Source: Lepidodermella squamata (Eukaryota; Animalia; Gastrotricha). From it: DNA of 64,000 nucleotides. The stretch spans positions 1,240,001 to 1,304,000 of the forward strand of contig JBLDXI010000003.1 of NCBI GenBank assembly GCA_047495785.1. The letters run 5' to 3'. Each line of letters opens with the position of its first letter. Positions within the stretch are counted from its first letter, which is position 1. This document shows, piece by piece, positions 11,574 to 25,000 of this stretch. The position numbers and the translations under genes were made by a program. The notes under the pieces are model-generated. The model searched no databases. It was not told the origin of the DNA and was given only the letters and a program-made list of their open reading frames with translations.

Positions 11574-14401
11574 ATGGATATTTTTCGGATTTTCATTGTT
11601 TTGGTTGGAGCTAATTTTGTGAGTGCTGAGAGCCTTGAGCACCATGAGCATCGTATGCGGGTTGTTAAATCGATGTCTTTTGACGACGAAGGTAAGAATT
11701 ACCGCTGTTCAAGTGATATTATCGCGATTTCCTCCTAGGCCCACTTCCACCGTCCTGTGGAGCCCTGCCTGAGGTCGACAATGGCTATTTCGTGAGAGGA
11801 TGGGGCTTTCACGTCGGCCACATTCGCTTTATTAAGTGCTTCGATGGTTACGAGCTTGAGGGCCCTTCGAATACAATGTGCCGCTGGACTGGCTGGACGC
11901 TCCCCGGTAAATGCGTCAAGCCATTACCAGAAAAGTGCATGTTAGAGCCGCGTGTACCGAACGCTCGTGTTTCAACTGGCCAAAATTGGGTCGGCTCAAG
12001 GCGCGAGTTTGACTGTTTGATCGGCTACAAATTGGACGGCTTCGCTGGGGTGGTCTGCGATGCTTTCGGCCGGTGGATAGCTATGGGAGACTGCATACCT
12101 CGTAAATTTGCCTTTGCTCGTTTCTATTCTTTCATGTTTTCGTCTTTTTAGTTTTCCCTGTTACTACAACGAGGCGGCCGGGTGATTTACCAGGTTACAG
12201 AAACTGCGTGGACACTTGATGATTTTACTGCACTGCTTTGATGACATCACTTGCAATTTTTTAAGATGCAATCAACAATTGTTAGCCGCGTGATTTTTCC
12301 AATAAAAACTGCTGAACATTAATTTTTGAAATCTACAGCGAATAGCACATCGTTATCCAATGCGACGGAGGCGGGAAATGTGACGAGGCTGTTACCTCCT
12401 GGACTTCTGGCTAGAACCGTCACGCCAACCATTAGAAGTCCAATCACTACTACTACATCAAGAACTGATCTTGGGAATCAAACAATAACTCTTAATCGAA
12501 ATAGCACTGAAGTTCCGCGAATCGCTCAGAACTCAACAACACAGCGACCATTCACAAATGCGACGTTAACCCCCACAAGGATTGCAACTGGCAACGCTTC
12601 TTTGCCTTCAACTTTGAAACCACTGGTTGTTACAACATCAAATGCGATAGCCATAACAACTCCGGCTTTACGTTCAAATCAAAATTCAACAAGTTTAATC
12701 AGCACAACTACTCCAAGAACATTTTCGAACGTTTCGATCGCGTTCATTGCCCCAAATGTTACCTTGCCACTGAGCCCGAGAGGATTCACCACTGTTACTT
12801 TACCTTCTCGCCTAACGAATGAAACTTTGCTCATCACGACTGTGAAACCTGCGATGAATGCTACGACTCGAATTGTTTCGACAAACAGGACGGACATTCC
12901 TGGCCCTGCCAACTCGACATTGGCGAGAATGACCACCGCGAGTCCTGGTAATTCGAGTAGGAATCAGTCACTTTCTGTGGATATAACAACAAACAAGCCC
13001 GAAACCACGACGGAAATTTCAGCTCGGACATTGACCAGCATTTCGACAAGAAGTGACTCTGCGACAACGACTTCCAGGGCGATTACGCAGTTATCATCGT
13101 TCAATACTACAGCACGGCAAAATTCAACAGGTCCAGCAAAAAATCTGCCCCGGCCAACTTCGCCATCGTTCATTGGGAATTTGACGCAAGCTAATGTGAC
13201 TACAGTTCGTCCAACGAAAGGTAAAGGCTACTAACTCGAAGTTATCCAACATTTTGAAACCTTGCACGCATAAACCCGGAACAACCATAATACATGCTTT
13301 AATGTTAACTTTAACTCAACAGTAACAGTAACAGTAACCACATCACGACCTTTACCCAGCTTGCCAATTTTCATCATTCGAAGGACTACAACAGCGCGAG
13401 AAACAAGCACGATCGCAAGTGATTTAAACCAAGGTATTGCTTTTAACGCTGATAACGTTCAAAAAATGAGAGTTACTAACATTTCATCGCTTAGAACTCC
13501 GAAACAGTCTAAATTTATAATGTATATTCACAGTGAAAAAATTGGGAGGCTCAGAGAATCGGGAAATTAAGTTTGTTGGAACGAAAGATATTGGATCCGT
13601 AAAACAAAATAAGTCAGCCAACTCAAAATGCTGCGGGATTTACCCCAAAGTGCAATCTTGGCGCTTGGTCGAAGCTGCTAGAGTAGGGAACGTTTCAGTG
13701 CTCACTGAACTTCTCGACTATGACGCTGATCCGAATACGAACGAAACCTCTGGCGGATGGACAGCTTTACAGGTGAGCGAAAAGCTAGATTCCTAAATCA
13801 TTTGAGACTGATGATTCTCTGGCAGTGGGCAGCTAACAACGGCCGTGTTGAAATAATGCGGGAGCTGCTAAAGTGTTGCGCCGATCCCGACTATCAGAAC
13901 ATCGCTGGCTCGACTGCACTCATGTTTGCTGTACGCAGCGGAATTTTCGACTCTGGCGATGTGCTTATCAAATCTGGCGCCCATGTCAACATCGCCAACA
14001 ACCTCGGCTCGACCGCAATTCACTTTGCCGCCCAAAGCGGTCAGCCAGAGATTGCTGCTTTGCTCCTTGAGAGTGGCGCGAATGTTAATCAGGTCGACAA
14101 AGATGGAAATACTGCGTTGATTTGGGCGGCGAGGACGAATAATCTGCGAACTGTTCGAGTGCTATTAGCTAGGTCTGGTATCGATGTTAATTGGGCCAAT
14201 ACCAAGAAAATGACGGCATTAATGGCGGCGGCTCGTGGTGGCTTTAGCGATATTGTTGAAGCTCTCCTTCTCGAAGGAGCCGAGACAGATTCAAAGGACG
14301 AAAATGGCTACACTGCTCTTGCGTTGGCTAAACTTTACAATAAAAGCAACACTGTCAAGCTACTTGAAAATCCGAAATCTCAGTACTTTTTATTTGATTG
14401 A
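11574..14401 (+). CDS. Secreted CCP(x2)-long mucin-like stalk-ankyrin(x7) protein (gene 7); ~7 exons
   Basis: MDIFRIFIVLVGANFVSA signal peptide and two CCPs (~11740-12100). A ~300-aa Thr/Ser/Asn-rich exon (12339-13220), then KCCG and ankyrins with an intron at 13773-13825 (GWTALQ|WAANN). AATAAA ~14424. Confidence 0.8.
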
Positions 14402-15695
14402 ATTGATAAAAACGAACATGACGAATAAAAGTTATTTACATTGACCCTCAGCTTTGATCGAACCTTTTATTTTGTTGTTTCCTTTCATCATTGTAGGTCC
14501 AGAAATTTGGAGAGATCAGCTCAAGTATCCGAAAGTTTTGTATCGGAATAAGATTCAACGTTGAAGCAAATATATCTGACTATTATCTTGTTATTATGCT
14601 TGGTTTTATCGGTTTTCAGGGCGAGAGGCCGGCTCTTGGCGTTCATTCCTGTTCAAGTATCATCGTGAAATTTCGGCAACCGTGCATCGTCCAGGCCACT
14701 GTGATGTGGCCATAGGCTGACTTTCGATGACATCGATTCAGGTTCCATGCCGGAAATCACCTGCAAAAGAGAAACATGCTTTGTAATTGGGAATCCCTGT
14801 GACCTGTGGCTCTAATTGGGCCCTTTGTTGTATATATCATATATTTAAAACCAACATTCATGGTTTTGAAAAGGCCTTCAGAACGAACAGTCCCAGAAAA
14901 ATTGAAGAAGAGAAATCAAAGATACTCTTTTGCGTTGGAGGCGCTGGAGATTTGTTGAAGAGCAAAAGTTCTGCTCTCCAGCATCTCTCCAACTTCCAGC
15001 GATAACAATTCTCCCAGCCTCCTGTTCAACTGTATACTACAGCTTAAATGCTGTTAGAAGCCAGTAGCCAGCGTAGAAACTGATGTAAAATTAATGTCTA
15101 CGGAAGCCAGATTTGAATATTTCCGCTTTTGTTGTAGGTTACCTAGAAGGGGTAGTGTATGCATTATTTGTATGCAATATTTGGACATATTCCAGTCACT
15201 AGCACATTTGATTTCCCAAGCACTCAAATTGCTTAATTACACAAGTGAAGAATACAGTGTACGCAAGTTGACTGCGAAAAAAGTCATTTGTTTGTATTAG
15301 AAAGCATCCTAAATTACGTTCAAATCTCATCAACACCTGGATAGCAAATTTTAGCGTATTATTTTGCTAAACTTAGGGCTTAAGGCTTAGGGTTAACAAA
15401 GATGCGTCTATTATGACGGCGCCTATTAGCGGAGGAGTGCCGACTTTGCTCACGTCGAATTCGTATGCATTTTAATGATAGAGCCTGTCATGCTCATAAT
15501 AACACAGGGCTCGGGGATCCTGCATCAACAAGCCGGTGTGCAAGCGGGCGCTCGAGACCAGCATCAAGATGGTCTTTTCACTCGTGGCAGGCCAGTGCGC
15601 AAGCATCTATTGTATTAGTTGACCGTGATGATGGAAAAACATAATAGTCAACTTTTTTGTATCAGCGCCGCCGTAGTGCGCGTTGGCGATGGCAA

Positions 15696-15782
15696 GCGCA
15701 AACTCGCCCGCGCGAACGAATCGGCCGGTCGTAATAGTTGCCAATTTACAGCCAGCCCTAATAGACCTGCGCTGATCGCGTA
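15696..15782 (+). promoter_or_regulatory. Conserved upstream non-coding element of giant gene A (paralogous copy at 31159-31255)
   Basis: Colinear shared blocks cgcaa(a/c)ctcgcccgcgcgaa, cggccgg, gttg(c/t)caatt, acagcc, ctaatagacctg and tgatc(g/a)cgt occur upstream of both genes A and B. Confidence 0.55.
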
Positions 15783-16030
15783 GGTGGCGCATCTTGCGCG
15801 TGTTTATTCGCCTCGAAATAACCACTCTCATTCAAAAATAATAAAAAAACCCTCCTTTGAATTAGCTATTCTCTAGATACAGGACGATTCAGACGAAAAC
15901 TTGATCTTGTTCTCGACGTGTTTCCCGGATGTGCTTTTCTCGTTGATAATACTTCTATCCGCTTCAAATTGTACACAGCTAATACTCAAAAGTTCATAAC
16001 CACTTCGATAGGTTCAAGTTTATTGATATC

Positions 16031-19000
16031 ATGGGGACCGCACTTCTTTTAGTGATCGGTAATTTAAAGCGAGAACTTCGAAGCAACTTATTCGTGAATG
16101 TTTAACCGTCTGTTCAGGTCTCTTAGTGGAAGGATCATGGGGCTGTACTTCAGACATTGGATCCTCTCTTAACGGCGTAAAAACTGCTCCAGCTGCAGGA
16201 ACTCGGCATGTCAGATGCAGCGCAAATGGCCAGAAATTCTGCCGACCGACATCTTGCAACTCTGGTGAAGTTAGGGTAGGTTGCTCCAACTTTTATTACG
16301 GGGCAGAATGTGAGGAAATCAAATTTTTGAATTATAGATCCCGATCACCACATCCTTCTCAAACCAATATGATTGCGATACATTCGCTGTGAGTTGGTGT
16401 ATTTTACGAATAAATTAGGCTGAAATTTTGAATCCACAGAGATATATCATCTGCCCAACTGGCAGCGGCAACACCTACCAATGTGTCGCTGATACAGCCG
16501 GTTGTGGCGGCTCGTTCCTCGGGTACGATCTTCAGGTTTACAGCAATTTGCAGACATGCCAGACGCAGGCCAGCTCTTACGTAATTTTTAAAGAAAGAAT
16601 TGTAGATTCGTTGAGACTCATTTCGAAAACAGACAACTTCTAAATGGATCCGATGCTTGAACAACGGCAACCCGATTTGCCGACTCTCCCAGTGCAACCC
16701 CGGCGAGAACAGGGTATCGTAGAGTTTCGTCTGCTTCCAGTTCAAATAATTTTGACCTTGATTTGACAGTTAACTGTGACAGACCCAAATGAATGGGATA
16801 CAGCAGCCGCCTGTAACTCATCATTATTCGTAAGTTACTCACTTTTGGTATGCGATTGGTCTAAGCCGTGTGACTGAAGGCCGCTCTCCCGTGCGTTGGA
16901 CCCTTGAACAAGTCTCCATTCTGGCAGCTGATTACGGGCTACGACCATCTGAGCACCTGCCCGGCTGGCTACAACGCTGTGGCTACGAAATACACGTTCA
17001 AGGCAACCCAGGACATCAAGTTCGACTCAGATTCCTATACAAGCCAAACTGTAGGCTAGATTTTGATGGAGAAATCTGCGTTTAAAAATATGTTCAAAGA
17101 GCTTGAGGCACTACCGCTGCAGAGCTGTCATAAACGGCGAGTACGTACCGGTTTGCCGACCTGACATGGACCCGAATACTGACGGACCCCAGTGCCATCC
17201 CAATGACAAGGGACAGGTTAGCGTCTCAAATCGACTACTCTCACTACTCTGAAATTGACAAGCCTGATTCTCAATTTGCAGTTGAGTCCAGCAGGAGGTT
17301 ACGAAAGCTATGCAGCCTGCAATGCCGCTCGCTATGTTTGTTAAAATGTTGCTTCAAAGCCTTATCGATAAGTTTGTTGTAAAAACAGCAAGCGATACCC
17401 TGTTACAGACCATCGACAACTGGCCCTGATTACTACACCGTGGTCCCAGGCTATGATCTGGCTGAAATTAAAATCGTTGGAACAACGCTTTCCGCTGCAC
17501 AGTGTGGTTCTGGCGAGCTTGCAGTTAGTTGGAAGCATAATCAATTTGATCCAAGCTCATTTTCTCGTGTCTAGCTTTCAACCAGTGTAACTGTTGGCTC
17601 TGACGTCATCACATATTCACAAAGCACCTCGCAAAGTGTTAAACACATCCGCTGTAAGGTGTTCAGCGGATCTAATCCTGTCCCTGTTTGCCGCCCTAAC
17701 TACGGCACTGACACGAACAGAGCTTGTCCAGTGACCGACGCTGGACCTGTAAGCCGTAACTTAAATTGATAACAAATTTTAAATTTTTCCTTTAAGCTGG
17801 CTGGAATAGGAACAGGTTCACTAACAGTGTTTAATGACTATGCGACTTGCAGCCAGAACCTTTACGTAACAATCTTTAACCAAGCGAAGCGAGAATTTAA
17901 GACCAGTTTATTTCAGATCGCTAAACTCTGCTACCGACCAACTACTGTCACCCCCTACTATACCATTGTTGCCGGCTACGACCACAGCTCAACAGGTGGC
18001 TGTGCTGCCAATGAGCTCAGCGTAAGATTCAAATTAAGTTCCCTGGTCGAAGCTGCATGTTACCCCTAAACAGTTTCAAGACAGCACATGGGTTCCGAGC
18101 GCTGCACCTTTCACTCCTAACTCTGCGCAGATCCAACTGTACACTGATGTAAGTCTGCGTAGCTTTAAGTAGCTTTTTTGACGCATTCAATGGAGTGTTT
18201 CATCAAATAGTCGATTACGCTTAAACACACTCGTTGCCAAGTGAAAGACTCCACTTCGAACGCCTTCGTTCCGGTTTGCAGACCCGATATGGTCATAGGA
18301 AACACTGGCTTTCAATGTGGTGCTAATGAAGTGCAGGTTGGTCATATCACCTTGACATGATGCAGATTTTACACCCTTCTCCGCATACAGCTTAATGTTC
18401 CTGCGTTAGGTTACGGTGGCTTGGTCGCTTGTAATCCTGAACGATTTGTGAGTCAACTTAATAGTGTAATCAAAATGGAAAAGTTATCATGCATCGTAAT
18501 TAACAGTATGCCAAACCGTGTTACCAAGCAGCCAAAACGAAGGCCAGCAACTACTACACATTGAACCCCTCCTATGATCATCTCTTGACCAATCCCAGCG
18601 TGGTTACCTGCCAAACTGGCCAAGTGCCTGTAAGTTGTTTCATAGGCACTTCCTGGCATTATTAGTGCTTCTCAAGGCTACCCTGATGTGGTAGAGATGT
18701 CGTGATAATTCTCATTTCTCGCATAGGACCCCCAAATCCATTACATTAATAACAAATAATTATGAGTAAATTTTTACTTCGTAACGCTCTATTTCAGATC
18801 CCTCTTGCTACTTGGTCGAAATTAAATACGGATACAATCACATTCGGTGAAGCAGATTATGCATCAGTCACCGTAATAATCACTCATTTCCAAGCTTTGC
18901 GATAGAATTTTTCAAAAATGTTCTATAACAGATTAAACACTTCCGTTGTAAACTTACTAATTCGGACGGCGCAGCCGATGCTGTGTGTCGCCCGGACATG

Positions 19001-22000
19001 GATGCGACAACAGCCGCGGCTGAATGCGGCGGTGGCGAATCTCCGGTAATAGGCAGTGTTTCCGTGTTTTTCACGATTATTTTTCAACCCATTGTCTGAT
19101 TTCAGTTGAATAACCAAGCAAATGGATGGGACACCCTTACATCGTGCAGAACCCAGCTATACGTATGATTCTACAGACCGACTCGAGTCATAAATTAGTT
19201 TGTTTTTCTTAGTGGGCCAAAAACTGCTATAGGCCGACCACCACTTCAGCCCCTGACTACTTCATTTTCGAAGCCGGCCACGATCACGTTAATTCTGCTA
19301 CTAAACCGTGTGCTGCTGGTACACGGGCTGTAAGTAAATTCGCGAGAAAGCTTTGAGATTAAATTATGATGCCGTGGTTCAGTTTGGCGATTGGAAGAAA
19401 AACTCCGCTTTGTACGCCCCAACTCCAACTGACGTGGCCACGGACTACAGAAGTGCTGATATCAAGCACTACCGTTGCACGGTTAACGTAGCTATTACGA
19501 ACTCTGGCGGTGATTCGCCCTACTACACGCCAGTTTGCCGACCCGATATGGACGGCGACGACCAGCTGCCGTATCAGTGCGCCAACTTTGGCGATTTCGG
19601 AACGACTGACAATCCTGGCTCGGTTAAGAATCTTCAAAATTCATTCATTTTTTCAATTCCATTTTTTGCAACAGCTTCAAAATACAGTTGTGAATGGTCG
19701 ATTCACAGGCGCTGCTTACAAAAATTTGGATGCATGTCGAGCTCAGTTATACGTATGTGGGCCAAGCGTCTGAAAAAATGCTAGAATGTTCGGGTTTAAT
19801 TACAGGTTGCTGCATCATGCTATAAAGCAACGACAACGACTCCTCACTTTTCAATCATACCTGGCTACGACACCAGCCCAACAGGTGCTTGCAAAGACGG
19901 CGATCGCAGGGTATGCTCTTAGGCAAATGTATGTATTTTCGCGTTAATTTTTCGAATAACCAGCTTAATGTCGGCAACCTACCCTCGTGGTACTACGGTG
20001 CTGCTGTTCCTGTTGACGTATCCGCTGGGTATTCGCCGACTGTGGTGAGGGAAAAGCCCTTTTCACATGCATTTTGAGATACCTTGAATCATTTATGCCA
20101 GTCCATCGGACATTTTAGATGCCTTGTTAAAGATGGATCGGGCAATTTCATGCCGCTTTGCCGCCCGGATATGGATGTATCCACGCCCGGTGCTCAGTGT
20201 TATATCCTTGATGAGCGCAAAGTGAGCGAAAGCTCAAATTTTCTTCTGCGTTAATGCCAGTGAAATTGAATTTCTACATTTAGCTCGATATGGATACGAC
20301 CGTTTCAACCCTGCCTACAGATGGCTATAGCAATTTACAAGCTTGTAACGCAGCTCTTTACTACGCAGTGCCGTGCTACGACCCTAGCTTGAGTACTTCG
20401 CCCTACTACTCGTTAACAGCTGGCTACGATCACACCACTGTTACATGTTCTGGCACCAATGTACTTGCGGTAGGATTATTGACAGTTAAACGAACTTGCT
20501 TTCTAATCATATTTCAATCGAACAGCTGCCGGTTGGTGGTGGTTACACTACTTCAAGTGCCATGAATGTCGTATTCGACTCTCCAGCCGTATACACTTCA
20601 AAGGTATGAGTTACTACCTTTCCACGCTACCTTATTTCAAAACAAAATAACATATGACCGAAAAGTTGGGCTTGGCGAGAATTTAGACATCGTAAATCGT
20701 AATCGTAATCAATGGCACTTTGCAGGGCAGCTCTGTGGGTTTTCCTGGTTTTAAGGCGTATTGGAGCATCCTAGAGGTCCAGAATTTGAAAATTCGAAAT
20801 CCTCAACAAAAACTGAGTTGAGACAACTGGGAATCGAAGAATCTTCCCATCTCAAGTTAACAAACATTTTGCCATTCGCTGGAAAATACAGATAATATTA
20901 TTTTCGGTCATATTTCCTATTTCATAAGGGCTGTTACTAAATTGAAAGGTTTTTCTTAGTTCTTGTGTCATTACGGTCATTACGGTTTACGGGTCCACAT
21001 GAACTCAATCGAATTTCCTCTAATAATATGACATCTGGGTGGGATTCCTTTTCGCAATGGGTATTGAAGAAAGAAATCCCATGTTCTGCAATCGAGAAAC
21101 CATTAAGATTCCTCAGGAGAACATAGGGTGCGTTTCTTTATTACAAGGCATTTTTTATTTTAAAATTAAAATTAAACACTGACATTTCTTTATCTTTTTA
21201 AATTTTAAAATTAAAATAAATATCATTTCTTTATTCGATTTGTTCCATTTTATTTCATAAAATAAATATCATTTCTTTATTCGATTTGTTCCATTTTATT
21301 TCATAAAATAAAACGTCATTTCTTTATCACATTTTTTTCATGATTTTGGAAAAGAAAATGTGAATGAAACGACACGTGCTGTTTATAAACTACGCACTGA
21401 TAAAGAAATGAAAAAAAATGTTTTGAGCGTAGTTTGAACGTATGAACGTGATTGCCCTAAGTCCATAGGAGCATGAGAGCGTCCGGGGAGGCGCCGATCT
21501 CAAATTTGTCCCATCGAAACATAATAGGTTGTAGGAAAGTTCAGTGGAACGTAGTTCAATGACTACACCTCAGCGTTACCGATTGAGCAGGCGACACCTC
21601 AGCAACTGCCACTTCCGCAAAATATTTGCAATAATATTGTTGGGCAGTAGAAGTTTTCCACATTCGTCGAATTAAAGGCTCTAAGATATTTGCGCGAATT
21701 GAGCTGAGCGAAGCGACAACTTAGCCACTCGACAGCTCAGCTAAATTTATGTTAATTATTTTTATTAATTAATTATTTAATTATAATACAAGGGACCCTC
21801 AAAAAGCTATAGAGGTGGAGCTGGGCATGCTCGCTCCGCTCGTATAGCCAAGAGTCAACACTAAAATTAATAATTAATTTATAGTCAGCTCAATTGTTGT
21901 TAGCGCAAGTGTCGTGGTTGAAATGTCGCACTACGCACTGAGCAGATATCGTTAACTTTAAAGACCTCAACTGAAATGACGTGGGCTCTATAGTTGTATT

Positions 22001-25000
22001 GCAGAATGACACAACTGCTATAGTGGCAGTTGCTGAAGTGTTACTGCTCAAACATTGCCATAGAGAAGTGACGCTTCTAACCAAGTTCCGTTGAACTCTT
22101 GTACGAGCGCAATTCTATAGGACGATATGAAAATTGACTTTTTCCGCAGAAAAGCCTCAGAATACAGGTGTAAAATAAGACCAAAACAGCTCTACCCCCT
22201 GTTTTTCCTTGAGCTAAAAAATGAATTTTTTCGATGAAATGCGTGCTTTTGCGCCATTTTATAAAATAAAATGACGAAATGAAACGTGAAAACACAAAAT
22301 TTTTTAAACGATGAATATCAATGAGACGACCATTTTATTTTCATTTTATTTTAAAAATGAAATAAAATTGAGATAAAGAAACGCACCCATAGTCCAGGTC
22401 CGTGTAGATTGGTGACTACAAATCTGCCTCAATTTCAGATCAACATCAAGCACGTTCGCTGTCGTAAATATCTATCCGGAACGGTGAATCCAACTGCCGT
22501 TTGTCGACCGGACTATGGTACAGCTGTCTGTCCAACAGGAGAACAGCCAGTAAGGGGCTGCATCTAATTACATTCCGATATATGCTTATACTTTTCTCAT
22601 CAGCTCATTCATTATGACAAAAATGCACCAACAGTACCAAAGCGATGGGACGGATTCAATGACTGTGAATTAAACAAATTTGCAAGTTGCTTTTAAAGGA
22701 AAACAGCTTATTACGCGGCCCATGAATGTGTAGGCGATGGTTTACTGCTATCAGCCCTCGGATACTGACTTTTCGCTTAACCCTGTTTCCGACCTCTTGT
22801 TAACTTATAATAGCGATGGTACCGTAGCTTGTGAAACAGGGCTTTTCAGGGTAAGTAATTCAGGTTACACATTGTATTAACTCAAACTCCCTTATTCGAC
22901 ATATCCAGGTTCCTTCGGCCAAGTACGGCCCCACTTACTCGCCGTTCACAATGGATACAACAGAAAACTCTCCTGATTGGACGACGTATTTCGCGGGAGT
23001 GGTAATTTGACAAATAGATGGTTATCAGTCATATCGCACAATTTTGGTTATGTGAACTACTCAGACAATGAATTTCTGGCGGCAGAAGAGAAAAACTGGC
23101 TCGAACTCTGATGCAGTGTGTCGACCCTATTCCACGCCTGATGCAAACTATGATGATACAACGGTAATTGATTTCACAGTTCACAGCATTATTGCATTTA
23201 TGTGACTTACGTATGGCATTCGCACATTATCAGGCCCGCCTACGTTACGGCTCTGCGCGCGCTCCTATTGGCCGGCAAGTCCGCGCACACTGTTACGCAA
23301 CACATGCGCGCCCTAAGTGCGCGCGTGCACAACTAACTCAATTTTAACCCCAAAAATGTGCGCATTTCGCATCTATTTTGTCAGATTTATGAAACATCAT
23401 TTCAACCGAAAAAATCTTCATCTATCGATATCAAATTTGCATGGTAGGTACGAAAAATAAGCAAATATGGCTAAATTTAGGACATATTTACAAGGCACGC
23501 TCACTCGCTAAAGTCGTGCGCACTGTTATTTATCGCTGATTTTACCGCGCGCGCAGTTGTCAAAGAGTAACTTGACATTTTTGTGTCGGTTTTTATGCCA
23601 AAATGAAGAGAGTTTAATCATCTATCGATTGAATATAGGGTTCTCGCTCAAACGATTGAATGGGAAAAAGTTTTACGTACGCGCACTGAAAAATTTAGGG
23701 CGGGTGACCTCCCGCGAGCGCACCAACAAGTAACCATTATGCACGTAAGATGTTTCATTCTCGAATTTCAATCGTAACAAACCTATATTCAATCGATAGA
23801 GAATTTAATTTACTTCATTTTTATGTAAAAGCCGACGTGAAATTCATAGATTGCCCTTTGATTTCAGTTCAAAATGAGCTAGCCAATAGGAGCGCGCGCA
23901 GAGCCGTAACATAGGCGGGCCTGAAAATGTGCATGACATTCAAACTCTAGCGAAAAACGCCAAATTCGTCATTCTTTTAGTATCGTAGGGCTTTAGCAAC
24001 CTTACACCTTATCGAAATTTTACTTCTGCCTGAATTTCGCATTTCGATCCGGTTTGTCGCAGTAGCTCGCAGAATTACTTTGCTGCGCGAAAACAATAAT
24101 CAACATTGAGGGTTGTAGAATTTACATAGCTCGTTTCAACTTTAATTTTCAACTTTTTCAAATGTCAACTTCTAGTAGCCAGCATGAAGAAGTATTACTG
24201 CTCAAAACGTAAGCTACGTAAAATCGTTGAATTGAAATTACTCTGCACTATCGATAACGTTCATGGCGTTTTGCTTAAAGTGCTGGTTCTTCCGCGCCAC
24301 GAACGATAAGTCTGCCGTGAAAGGTGTAATAGTTCAAAGCGCGCGCAGAAACTTGGGTTGTAATTTTCTAAATTCCACCACCCTAAAGTGATAGAAATTC
24401 GTGCTTCAAAGTAAACTTTGTTTTCGACGTTACTTCAGGCCAATCTGCAGCTGAGAGACAAATTCACAAAATACGCGGACTGCAAATCAAAAGCATACGT
24501 AAGTAAAACCATTCAGGTTTTTTTATTTTCAAATCTGGACCTCCTATATAGGTCGCTACTGTTTGTTATACGGCCACTTCTACTGACCCATTCTACACAA
24601 CCGACATTACTTACGACACGGCGAATAGCGGTTGTGGCTCCAATCTAAGGCTCGCCGACTGGAGCAGTGGAAAGGACACAAGTTACTCACTTAATCAAAT
24701 CTTCACAAGCGGATATGGCCTTGCTGTAAGTTTGATCACAGGCTATTTTCTTGAATATTCTTCCCGTTGCGCACAGGTAATAACCCACAAACGATGCAAA
24801 GTTGGTTCGGATGTCGCTTGCCGACCCGATATGGATCCAAACAACGCAGGACATCAATGCGCGTCTGGTGAAACTCCGGTAATTTTTCTGCATAACCAAC
24901 TATCTGGGAAAAGTAACTAATTAAGAGTGAGGCTAGGCGTTAGCTCGCCAATTATACGAAAGTCAGAAGTGTAAACAATAGTATCAGTTTGCCCATGATT

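Noticed and set aside
1076-13173. Numerous minus-strand and alternate-frame ORFs in the track (e.g. 6814-7413, 9436-9852)
   Set aside because: They are shadows of + strand exons with no independent coding signal.
14460-14762. Possible minus-strand terminal exon (ttttgcag acceptor, 35-codon frame, AATAAA ~14465)
   Set aside because: No recognisable protein motif and no upstream exons could be linked.
15373-15394. Telomere-like ttagggcttaaggcttagggtt
   Set aside because: Only about three degenerate units; too short to call an interstitial telomere or a DNA-elimination breakpoint.
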